Origin: Eubacteriales bacterium
GTDB lineage: Bacteria; Bacillota; Clostridia; Acetivibrionales; JANLFN01
NCBI GenBank assembly: GCA_024655885.1
Contig: JANLFN010000005.1
Span: 116,007-180,006 of the forward strand
Direction: 5' to 3'
Length of the DNA: 64,000 bases
This document shows positions 25,991 through 34,177 of this stretch, piece by piece (within the stretch, counting starts at the first letter, position 1; the number at the start of each line of letters is the position of its first letter). The position numbers and the translations under genes are program-made. The notes under the pieces are model-generated. The model did no database searches, was not told the DNA's origin, and was given only the letters and a program-made list of their open reading frames with translations.

Positions 25991-27037
25991 ATGATTATTG
26001 ACATCAATATGCACCACCTTCCCGAAGATTTTTTTACCAACGAGAAGATTCTGAATGGTTTTTTGAACACGGCGCCCCGCTCATTTGGAGAGATCGTGAC
26101 TTTGAGTAAAGTACCTGATACCGGCGCCCACCAGCTCACTCTCGAAAAACCAAAAGGCTATCCGAACCTCAACTACGTTGAGGGCGATTATTCACTCGAG
26201 GCTAAGCTTCGGGCGATGGATGACGCCGGCGTCGACAAGGCTATACTTCGCGTGCCGGTTTGGCAGGAGTGGCTACAGCTTGAAACATGCAAGATCGTAA
26301 ATGACAACGCGGCAGACATGTGCAAGCGATCAGGCAGCCGCCTTTATTCGGTCGCTTGTGTTCCGCCCTGGGGAGGTAAGGAGAACATTTATGAGCTCGA
26401 ACGCTGTCTAAAGGAACTCGGAATGGTCGGTGTCCAACTGGCCTGCCATTACGGACAGCTTTACCTCGACGACGAGGCCTTTAAGCCCTACTTGAAGGTT
26501 CTTAACGAGATGAACGTGCCGGTCGTTGTTCATCATACCCCACTGCCGGTCTACTGGCAGTCCATCTATGAATATACGAATCTGCGCCGTGAGTTCGGCC
26601 GCATCGTCGACCAGGGTACTGCTGTGGGACGCGAGTTGTTCAGCGGCATGTTCGACGAATTCCCGAACCTCAAATTCATCCACACCATGTTCGGCGGCAA
26701 CTGGTTTGCAAACTACCACCTGCTTGCGCCCCACAAGAGCAACAAGAAGGAAGCTATATCGCGTTTGGATACCGCCGATGCCGACAGGATTACGCGCTAT
26801 CTGCAGAATAATATCTACTTCGACATGACTCACCCGGCCTCTTGGGGCAAAGCGGAAGTCGAGTGTGCGATCAAGGTCTGCGGCGCCGACCACATGTTGT
26901 TTGGCACTTCGTTCCCGGTGGTCTATGGTTGGATGTCACAAGGTGTCGAGTTTGTCAAAGCTCTGGACATCACAGAGGAGGAACGCGAACTCATCATGAA
27001 TGGGAATGCTCTTCGTCTCTTCAAGCTCGACGTATAG
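25991..27037 (+). CDS. amidohydrolase-2 (ACMSD/LigW-type metal-dependent hydrolase/decarboxylase) family protein
   Basis: 348 aa with N-terminal IDINMHH, a later HH pair (VVVHHTP) and a C-terminal FGTSFP...NALRLF pattern. GC is markedly higher than in the flanks. Confidence 0.75.
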   Translation: MIIDINMHHLPEDFFTNEKILNGFLNTAPRSFGEIVTLSKVPDTGAHQLTLEKPKGYPNLNYVEGDYSLEAKLRAMDDAGVDKAILRVPVWQEWLQLETCKIVNDNAADMCKRSGSRLYSVACVPPWGGKENIYELERCLKELGMVGVQLACHYGQLYLDDEAFKPYLKVLNEMNVPVVVHHTPLPVYWQSIYEYTNLRREFGRIVDQGTAVGRELFSGMFDEFPNLKFIHTMFGGNWFANYHLLAPHKSNKKEAISRLDTADADRITRYLQNNIYFDMTHPASWGKAEVECAIKVCGADHMLFGTSFPVVYGWMSQGVEFVKALDITEEERELIMNGNALRLFKLDV

Positions 27038-27130
27038 GAGGAAGGCAATGATTGAAGTTCTTTATGCGGTGTGTGTGACTGGTTATGTTGCAATATTCTG
27101 CTGTTAAAAACGTCCCAAACTGCAGAAGGT

Positions 27131-27405
27131 ATGGAACGTTTCAAAACGGATGCAGATAGATTCAGAGGTTACTTTAAGGAAAATTTATTCTTTGATATGT
27201 TGCACGCTGGGCCGTGGGGTAAAGAACAAGTAGAGTGTGCGATTAAAGCATGTGATGCTGACCATGTTTTTTTGGCTCTTCTTATCCTGTTAGACATGAG
27301 TGGCTGATCAAAGGCATTGATTATGTTAAGAGCCTGAATGTCAGCGGAGAAGAAAAAGCTTTGGTTCTCGGTGGAAATGCACAAAGATTATTTAATATTC
27401 GATAA
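27131..27405 (+). pseudogene. 3' remnant of a paralogous amidohydrolase-2 gene (5'-truncated and frameshifted)
   Basis: ERFKTDADRFRGYFKENLFFDMLHAGPWGKEQVECAIKACDADH aligns to residues ~255-300 of the intact gene. Adding 1 nt in the T7 run at 27267-27273 restores VFFGSSYPVRHEWLIKGIDYVKSLNVSGEEKALVLGGNAQRLFNIR*. Confidence 0.8.
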
Positions 27406-27445
27406 GCTGAGTATTAAAGAACTATTTAGTTTTAAATCTGTATGT

Positions 27446-27488
27446 TTTACCCAGGATAACCTAATTTTATAAAGTTATCCTGGGTAAA
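27446..27488. terminator. 15-bp perfect hairpin (TTTACCCAGGATAAC / GTTATCCTGGGTAAA)
   Basis: Read directly. It lies between the amidohydrolase remnant and the MarR remnant. Confidence 0.6.
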
Positions 27489-27564
27489 TCTAGAAAGGAA
27501 AAAATTGAAAATCCCATGTGTATTTATGAATAAAGAATGTTTTTCTACTTGCTTACCTGAATAT

Positions 27565-27747
27565 TCATTGGAGAATGAAAATTAACTTAGAAAGCTGTTC
27601 CTGGATAATTTCATTATTATCGTATAAAGTCATGAGAAACTGGTATTGGCCACTTCCTAAACCATATTTGCTTAATAATGGATTAAGAAATAAATGGCTG
27701 TACCGATAAATTAATGAAATATGTTTGCCGAATCTGTCCGTGTCCAT
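27565..27747 (-). pseudogene. 5' remnant of a paralogous MarR gene, with a duplicated copy of its promoter region
   Basis: MDTDRFGKHISLIYRYSHLFLNPLLSKYGLGSGQYQFLMTLYDNNEIIQEQLSKL is near-identical to the N-terminus of 25243-25686 and then diverges to a stop. 27748-27880 resembles 25687-25830. Confidence 0.8.
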
Positions 27748-27919
27748 TATTACCCCCATTAATAAAGTCATTTCTAACAAGTGAAATATAGTTACATATG
27801 CAACCATTTAATTGTACATAAAATTATAGGCTAAGTAAAGTATTATAAAAGCCAATATCTATGTTTTGATAAATTATTATCTCGTCAAGAGTAAATAAAC
27901 ACCCTTTTCAAGGGCGCTC

Positions 27920-27948
27920 TTGACATGTCATTTGCTTTTCTCTATAGT
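27920..27948 (+). promoter_or_regulatory. orphan sigma-A-type promoter TTGACA-17-TATAGT
   Basis: Read directly. It is followed by a 9-bp hairpin (27957-27987), and no ORF precedes the hairpin/T-run of element copy B. Confidence 0.4.
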
Positions 27949-28033
27949 ATAATCAAGGCTTGTAAACCAACATCTGGCTTACAAGCCCCAAAAGATCATC
28001 ATAGAAAGCAATTTACAGAAAAAGTTTCACATA

Positions 28034-28118
28034 ATCCAGGGCGCTCTTCCGGCGGAATTAAAACAACACGCCAAGGGTGCCCTGTTTTTTAGTGCGACAA
28101 AGAACCGTCCCCTGTCGC
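28034..28118 (+). mobile_element. RAYT/IS200-like element remnant, copy B (hairpin/T-run plus right terminal unit only)
   Basis: ATCCAGGGCGCTCTTCCGGCGGAATTAAAACAACACGCCAAGGGTGCCCTGTTTTTT is followed by GCGACAAAGAACCGTCCCCTGTCGC (28094-28118). The latter is the inverted form of the copy A left unit. Confidence 0.75.
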
Positions 28119-28145
28119 ATGCAACAAATGAAAATACATGCCATC

Positions 28146-29036
28146 TCATTTCCATTCATGATTTGAGACAGTATCTATGAAAACTTGTATGGAAGAATCC
28201 AGATTGCCTTTCCGCCAGGCTAATGACATATCTAAGTAAACCTCTGTGCTATCAAAATCAATATAAACAATTTTAGGGTTATCAAACCTCCGGAAGGAAC
28301 GGGGAACAGGGGATACACCCAAACCTGAAGCTACCATTGCTATAGCGCTTTCGTATTTCGATACCAGTGTAGCTTTTTTCATATCGACACCTGCCCTTAA
28401 CAACCTGTAGTGGATTTTAGACAGACTGATAGGTGCAAATTGATTATTGGACATGATTACTCTTACTCCGTCCAGATCTTGTGCCGAAATACTGCTTTTT
28501 GAAGCAAGCGGATGGTGAACGGGGACAGCGAGACAGGCAAATTCTCTAAAGAGTAATCTTTGCTCTATTTCAGGCATGTTTTCTATTTCAGATTTCTCTA
28601 TAAAAATGACATCTAGGGAATCCTTAATCAACATTTCCTTTAACTCACCCCATCCGGCAATTTGTAATTCAATGTGAATATTAGGATGATCCTGGTAAAA
28701 TCTACTCAGAACGTCAGGTAACAGTGCCCAATCTACCGGACCATGATAACCGACCCTTAGGGAGGAACCCTCTTCAATAGATATTTGTTTTGCTTTCAGC
28801 AATGCTTTTTCATATAGAGACATAACATTTTCCAACTCTTTTTTTAGACACTCCCCAGCAGCTGTGAGCTTTACATAATGTTTATTACGAATGAAAAGTT
28901 TTGCTCCAATCTCTTTTTCCATAGCGTTGATTTGGGATGTAATAGTGGATTGCGCGACAAATTGCTCTTCAGCTGCTCTTGTAAAATTTAAATGTTTTGC
29001 AACACTTAAAAAACACTTAATAGTATGTGTATTCAA
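28146..29036 (-). CDS. LysR-family transcriptional regulator
   Basis: 296 aa with an N-terminal HTH (FLSVAKHLNFTRAAEEQFVAQSTITSQINAMEKEIG) and a LysR substrate-binding region. Confidence 0.88.
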   Translation of the reverse strand: MNTHTIKCFLSVAKHLNFTRAAEEQFVAQSTITSQINAMEKEIGAKLFIRNKHYVKLTAAGECLKKELENVMSLYEKALLKAKQISIEEGSSLRVGYHGPVDWALLPDVLSRFYQDHPNIHIELQIAGWGELKEMLIKDSLDVIFIEKSEIENMPEIEQRLLFREFACLAVPVHHPLASKSSISAQDLDGVRVIMSNNQFAPISLSKIHYRLLRAGVDMKKATLVSKYESAIAMVASGLGVSPVPRSFRRFDNPKIVYIDFDSTEVYLDMSLAWRKGNLDSSIQVFIDTVSNHEWK

Positions 29037-29395
29037 GCAACCTCCTCCTATTCGTCCACTTATATTATATTATAGTAGATATCCGTGCTTTATTAAATAT
29101 TAAAAAATATCTATGTTTATTAATATATTACCTTCATCTATTCCCGAAATTTTGTAATTGATTTATTCGATTATATAAGCAAAAATATGAATTTCCATAT
29201 GTTTTTTGATTGGGCTATAATACAGTTGAACTCGTAAATTCTAATGTTCATGCCACAGCAGTCCTATGCTTCAAGCTTAAGAGAACAATGTGATGTTTGT
29301 TGGAGGTATGGGCGAAATTTCAGACCTCATAACATAGGACTCGAAAGCAGTTAGAGTCTACGATGGAATTAAAAAACATAGGGGGGTAGAATGAA

Positions 29396-30955
29396 TTGAG
29401 GAAAGGTAAAAAAATACTAGCGTTGTTTTTGGCATTGTTGGTGGTAATTAGTATTGCAGGTTGCAGCTCACCAACTGGCAATGAAAAACAAACAGCGGCT
29501 CCCGCTACGCCTACAGCTATGGATACCGCCACTAAACAAGCTGATGTTGTAGTTGTCGGGAGTGGTATGGCCGGTATGTCGGCGGCAATTGAAGCAGCCA
29601 GTCAAGGTGCGAAAGTAATTTTGTTGGAAAAAATGGGTGTTCTAGGTGGAAGCACAAATCATGCTGAAGGTATGTTCGCCAGTGAAAGTCCGCTTCAAAA
29701 GAAATTGGGCATCACGGTTAACACGGAGGAATTGTTAAGGGAAGAGTTCAACTTTTCAAACTATAGAGTGGACGGCAACCTGTGGAAAGATGTCATGAAA
29801 CATTCAGGCGAGGATATTCAATGGCTCCTCGATATGGGCGTAAAGTTTGAAACGGTAACCAGTACAGGTGCCGGCGCGAAGACATGGCATGTGTATGAAG
29901 GATTTGGAGAAAAAGTAATTAACGCATACATGAAGCCAAAAGCCGAAAAGCTTGGCGTGGAGATCCTGCTTGAAACTCCTGCCAAAGAGCTTATCATGAA
30001 AGATGGACAGGTGGCCGGTGTTAAAGCAACTACGAAGGACGGAAAAGAATTAGCCATTAGTGCGAAGGCCGTTGTTCTCGCAACAGGCGGTTTTGGAAAC
30101 AATGAGCAAATGGTTAAAGAATTTACGCATGCTACCAAAGAAAAATATGTTGACAGGGGTGCGCCCGGACATACGGGTGACGGAATCAACATGGCGAAAG
30201 CAGCCGGTGCCCTTACGGGTGAACGTGCGATCGTCATGCAGCTGGGAAATACGCTGGAAAGTTCTTTTATTACTACACATATTAATGCAGCAGCCGGCAT
30301 GGAACCGTCTCTTTGGGTGAATCAAGACGGTAAGCGTTTTTGCAATGAGGATGTTATTTGGTATTATACCCGCGGCAGCAATGCAATCATGTCACAATAT
30401 AAAACCTTTACCGTTTTGGACAGCAACGAGGTTAAGAGGCTTGCTACCGAAGGTGCTACCGTTGGCTACGGCATGTATGTAACCCCCGGCACAAAATTGG
30501 ATAAATTGGAGGCTGAGCTTCAGAAGGCGGTTGCTGATAAAGCTCCCGATGTATTTAAAGCTGATACAATTGAAGAGCTTGCAGCCAAAATGGGGGTTGA
30601 CAAAGCTAATTTCGTAGAAACTGTCAATACCTACAACGCTTTTTGTGCGAATGGAAAAGACCTTGATTACGGCAAGAATCCCAAGTATCTTCATGCTGTG
30701 AAAACCGGTCCGTTTTACGGCTTCCGCGTAAAAGCAAATAACCTCACTTCCTGTGGTGGTATAAGAATCAATGAGAATTGTGAAGCATTGAATAAAGATT
30801 ACCAACCGATCAAAGGACTTTATGTTGCAGGAATGGATTGTGACGGCTTTACCGGTGATACCTACGGATTAACGATTCCCGGTTCAGCTCAAGGTTATTC
30901 TTGTTACACCGGTAGAACCAGCGGGAAAAATGCCGCTCAGTATGCCAAGCAATAA
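29396..30955 (+). CDS. lipoprotein-anchored FAD-dependent reductase of the fumarate/urocanate reductase flavoprotein family (FAD_binding_2)
   Basis: Lipobox LVVISIAGC|SS after a basic N-terminus. The dinucleotide fold VVVVGSGMAGMSAAIEAA is present. The C-terminal GLYVAGMDCDG motif is typical of soluble flavocytochrome-type reductases. TTG start after AGGGGGG. Confidence 0.75.
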   Translation: MRKGKKILALFLALLVVISIAGCSSPTGNEKQTAAPATPTAMDTATKQADVVVVGSGMAGMSAAIEAASQGAKVILLEKMGVLGGSTNHAEGMFASESPLQKKLGITVNTEELLREEFNFSNYRVDGNLWKDVMKHSGEDIQWLLDMGVKFETVTSTGAGAKTWHVYEGFGEKVINAYMKPKAEKLGVEILLETPAKELIMKDGQVAGVKATTKDGKELAISAKAVVLATGGFGNNEQMVKEFTHATKEKYVDRGAPGHTGDGINMAKAAGALTGERAIVMQLGNTLESSFITTHINAAAGMEPSLWVNQDGKRFCNEDVIWYYTRGSNAIMSQYKTFTVLDSNEVKRLATEGATVGYGMYVTPGTKLDKLEAELQKAVADKAPDVFKADTIEELAAKMGVDKANFVETVNTYNAFCANGKDLDYGKNPKYLHAVKTGPFYGFRVKANNLTSCGGIRINENCEALNKDYQPIKGLYVAGMDCDGFTGDTYGLTIPGSAQGYSCYTGRTSGKNAAQYAKQ

Positions 30956-30978
30956 TCTCATTCCTTGGCAGCTTCCCA

Positions 30979-31188
30979 TTGCTCTTTGTGGATGAATACG
31001 GTAAAAGGTTCATTAATGAGCAGGTATTCAAAGAACAAGCCCTCAATGTAGGAAATGGGAAAATCATTGATAAGCGAGATTATTTCGTTTTTATGGATAA
31101 GCCAAATGTTGATTCTCTCGGTGGCGTTGAAATCAATACCAAAGCTGAAGCTGTAAATAACTATTTTTGCTCTTTCCTTGAGCAATAG
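30979..31188 (+). pseudogene. heavily deleted remnant of a paralogous flavoprotein reductase
   Basis: LFVDEYGKRFINEQV resembles LWVNQDGKRFCNEDV, and LGGVEINTKAEAVNN resembles CGGIRINENCEALNK of the intact gene. Confidence 0.5.
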
Positions 31189-31249
31189 ACGAAATAAACA
31201 AATTTCTTGGTAGTATCAACGATACAGCTCAACAGACAAACCTTCTATA

Positions 31250-31541
31250 TGTGACAGGGGACGGTTCCTCGACACACATGCTCATAAATGGCATAGTCTC
31301 CCAAACCTAAACAGGAGGGGGATGCTATGCCAAGACGTATTCGTAGCTTGAGCAGCAGCAAAATATACCGTGTGATGGTACGCGGCAACGAAAGAAAGAA
31401 CCTATTCATGGATGAAGAAGGCAGAGCAAGGTATGTAGAGGCTTTATCCAGGGCTGCAGGGCACTCTTCCGGCGGAATTAAAGCAAACACGCCAAGAGTG
31501 CCCTGTTTTGTGAAGTGTGACAAAGAACCGTTCCCTGTCAC
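31250..31541 (+). mobile_element. RAYT/IS200-like element, copy C: complete 292-bp non-autonomous (MITE-like) derivative with both terminal units
   Basis: The left unit is GTGACAGGGGACGGTTCCTCGACAC (31250-31274). The right unit is GTGACAAAGAACCGTTCCCTGTCAC (31517-31541), in inverted orientation. The internal ORF begins MPRRIRSLSSSKIYRVMVRGNERKNLFMDEEGRARYVEAL, a Y1-transposase N-terminus, and then runs into the hairpin. Confidence 0.8.
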
Positions 31542-31591
31542 GTTCGGTATAATTATTTCTAAATGGTCAAATAATACTTGTAGGTGATTGA

Positions 31592-32101
31592 ATGATATAC
31601 ATATACAGCTGTTATGCAGGCACTCATTCTTCCTCTATTGCGGCGGCGCTGCATTTGAAGAGGATTCGGGAAGACAGGATACCCACAAAAAGTGAGATAC
31701 TAAACATAGAGTATTTTAACAAGCTGAAAAAGAAGGACATGGGAAGGATTATATACCGGGGTATGGATGAAGACGGGAACAAGGTCTATACACTGGGCAG
31801 AGGCACCTCCAATATTTTGCTCCCGTGTATAAAAGACCTTGTTACAATTTTGCAAAGTGAAAGTGGGCTAAATGAAAAAATAGTGCTTTCAAATATGTCC
31901 CCTTGCGTAACCGTGTCCATGAGTGTCGGGGGATTCCTCTCCAGGCGCCTGGGGCTGGATTTCATAGGAGTGCCGTTTTTAATCATAGGCTGCCAACTGG
32001 GTTTCAGAAATATTGTAAGGGTGGTAAACCATACAAAGGAGGCGGCTAAAAACTCCAGTGACAATGTGCTTGTGCTTATGAACGATCTCCGCCGAATGTG
32101 A
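31592..32101 (+). CDS. DUF3189-like protein (169 aa)
   Basis: The N-terminus IYIYSCYAGTHSSSIAAALHL matches my recollection of the DUF3189 family signature. The function is unknown. Confidence 0.5.
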   Translation: MIYIYSCYAGTHSSSIAAALHLKRIREDRIPTKSEILNIEYFNKLKKKDMGRIIYRGMDEDGNKVYTLGRGTSNILLPCIKDLVTILQSESGLNEKIVLSNMSPCVTVSMSVGGFLSRRLGLDFIGVPFLIIGCQLGFRNIVRVVNHTKEAAKNSSDNVLVLMNDLRRM

Positions 32102-32108
32102 CAGGGGA
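32096..32108 (+). repeat. solo fragment of the element terminal unit (ATGTGACAGGGGA)
   Basis: The 13-mer is identical to the junctions at 24966 and 31248. It supplies the TGA stop of the DUF3189-like ORF. Confidence 0.6.
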
Positions 32109-32112
32109 AATC

Positions 32113-33141
32113 TTACCGGGATAGAAGCTCCTTCATAACGTCCACAGTGTAAAAGATATCCTCCCTGCTCACCCAGTAATTCGTTACGAAACGGATCATT
32201 CCTCCTTCGGGGGGATTGATTTTTATCCCTTTGCTGTAGAAACCCTGAACAAGCTTGTTTTTATCCACCCCGGTCCGGCTTACGTCGAAAAAGACCATGT
32301 TTATGTGTATATCCTCCAGGTTGACGGCTATGCCGGGTATTTTTGAAAGCTCGGTACCCAGCAGCAGGGCATTTTCATGGTCCGTTTTGAGCCTTTGCCG
32401 CATTTCCTTCAGAGCTACAAGGCCTGCAGCGGCAAGGATCCCTGCCTGTCTCATGCCCCCGCCCATGAGCTTTCTCCCTTTTCTCGCCCTGTCGATGAAG
32501 TCCCGCCCGCCTGCCAGCATGGAACCCACAGGGGCGCACAATCCTTTGGACAGGCAAAACATGACCGAATCACAAAAAGCACTGATTTCCGCAGCCTCTT
32601 TTTCAAGATGGACGGCTGCATTAAAAAGCCTGGCGCCGTCCAGATGCACGGGAATTCCATATTCTTTTGCCAGCGAATATATTTCGGACATGTTTTCCAG
32701 AGAAACAACCCTCCCGTTGGAATGGGCGTTTTCCAGGCAAATCAGCCCGGTTCGCGGGTAGTGTATGTCTTCGCCGCGGATTTTCCGCCTTATTTCCTCG
32801 GGATCAAGCTCTCCCTTCCTGCTGCTTAATGTCCTCAGCTGTACGCCTGCAATGACAGAGGCTGCCCCGACTTCGTGCATGACGATATGGCAGTCGTCGC
32901 CCAGGAGCACCTCGTCTCCGCGCCTGCAGTGGGTAAACAGGGCCAGCTGGTTTCCGAAGGTTCCGCTTGGGACAAACAGGGCCGCCTCTTTGCCCGAAAT
33001 GTGTGCCGCATATTCCTCCAGCTCTTTTACAGTGGGGTCATCCCCGTAGACATCGTCTCCTACTTCCGCCTTAAACATGGCCTCCCTCATCTGGTCGGTA
33101 GGTAAAGTAACCGTATCGCTTCGTAAGTCTATGAAATGCAT
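32113..33141 (-). CDS. ltaE: low-specificity L-threonine aldolase
   Basis: 342 aa. The N-terminus DLRSDTVTLPT...GDDVYGDDPTV and the PLP lysine context (CLSKGLCAPVGS) are present. Confidence 0.88.
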   Translation of the reverse strand: MHFIDLRSDTVTLPTDQMREAMFKAEVGDDVYGDDPTVKELEEYAAHISGKEAALFVPSGTFGNQLALFTHCRRGDEVLLGDDCHIVMHEVGAASVIAGVQLRTLSSRKGELDPEEIRRKIRGEDIHYPRTGLICLENAHSNGRVVSLENMSEIYSLAKEYGIPVHLDGARLFNAAVHLEKEAAEISAFCDSVMFCLSKGLCAPVGSMLAGGRDFIDRARKGRKLMGGGMRQAGILAAAGLVALKEMRQRLKTDHENALLLGTELSKIPGIAVNLEDIHINMVFFDVSRTGVDKNKLVQGFYSKGIKINPPEGGMIRFVTNYWVSREDIFYTVDVMKELLSR

Positions 33142-33159
33142 TTTTAACCTCCTATATAA

Positions 33160-33203
33160 ATCGCGGAAATGGTTTTATAAGGAATCCTTTGGATTTCCGC
33201 GAT
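33160..33203 (-). promoter_or_regulatory. 11-bp perfect hairpin in the ltaE 5' leader
   Basis: ATCGCGGAAAT (33160-33170) pairs with ATTTCCGCGAT (33193-33203). The hairpin lies ~15 nt upstream of the ltaE RBS on the minus strand. Confidence 0.4.
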
Positions 33204-33465
33204 ATTTACTAAGGAAATTGAATCGTGAAAATGTTGTAAATGCAAAATTATTTTCAACGTTCAATATAGCAAAATAAAATCATTTGTGAAATTGTAGAAT
33301 ACCGCTTACTCATTATATCACTTTCCAGACTGTATAAAAAGTCTTTGTGAAAAACGAGAAATGCAAAATATTTTTCGTAAAGCGTATACTACGTCCATTT
33401 CTTTTATTCTAGCAGATTAGAGGCTCCCCTTTGCGGACCGGATGGGACAGAAATCATGAATCTTG

Positions 33466-33494
33466 TTGACAATAACATGATAAACTGCTAAATT
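33466..33494 (+). promoter_or_regulatory. sigma-A-type promoter TTGACA-17-TAAATT upstream of lepB
   Basis: Read directly. Confidence 0.5.
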
Positions 33495-33604
33495 TTTATC
33501 TATGAATAAACATTAAATATGTTATCTATTCCAGTGGAAAAGTATAAAATAACGAATGAAGGATACAGTTATAACGGACTGATTTTTACTGTAGGAGAGC
33601 TGTG

Positions 33605-34159
33605 ATGGAAGAAAAAAAAGCTGAAAGCAATGTATATAAGGAAATTTTAAGCTGGGTCAAGGCAATTGCACTGGCGCTGGCTGTTGCCCTGGTAATCCGG
33701 TTTTTCCTGTTTGAGCCCATGACCATCCCTTCAGGGTCAATGCTGGACACCCTGCAAATTGGTGATAGGATCTATGTGAATAAATTTATTTATAAGCTTA
33801 CCCCTATAAAAAGAGGAGATATTGTCGTATTCTGGTACCCTGACAACCCCTCCGTAAGATATGTAAAGAGGGCTGTCGGCCTTGGCGGGGATGTGGTGGA
33901 AATAAAAAAAGGAAGGCTTTACGTTAACGGAGTGGTACAAAACGAGCCCTATCTCAAAGAACCCATGCGCCCCGAAGACTTTGGACCTTACAAGGTGCCT
34001 GCGGACCATTACTTCATGATGGGGGACAATAGAAACGATTCTCTGGACAGCAGGTACTGGAACAACAAATACGTGGATAAAAGTGCGGTTATAGGCAAAC
34101 CTGTGTTCATATACTTTCCTTTGAACAGGATCGGAGTGATTAAAACGGCTGCGCCTTAA
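33605..34159 (+). CDS. lepB: signal peptidase I
   Basis: Motifs SGSM (catalytic Ser), KRAVGLGGD (catalytic Lys region) and GDNRNDSLDSRYW are present. Confidence 0.92.
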   Translation: MEEKKAESNVYKEILSWVKAIALALAVALVIRFFLFEPMTIPSGSMLDTLQIGDRIYVNKFIYKLTPIKRGDIVVFWYPDNPSVRYVKRAVGLGGDVVEIKKGRLYVNGVVQNEPYLKEPMRPEDFGPYKVPADHYFMMGDNRNDSLDSRYWNNKYVDKSAVIGKPVFIYFPLNRIGVIKTAAP

Positions 34160-34175
34160 CAGGCACAGCCGTTTT
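34142..34175. terminator. bidirectional hairpin between the convergent lepB and acyl-CoA ligase genes
   Basis: AAAACGGCTGCGCC ... GGCACAGCCGTTTT (one mismatch), flanked by A and T runs. Confidence 0.65.
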
Positions 34176-34177
34176 AA

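Noticed and set aside
31327-31587. 86-aa ORF that could be annotated as a small transposase-like gene
   Set aside because: Only the first ~40 codons resemble a Y1 (IS200/RAYT-type) transposase. The rest is read-through of the element hairpin and terminal repeat. The HUH and catalytic Tyr regions are missing, so it is treated as a non-autonomous remnant.
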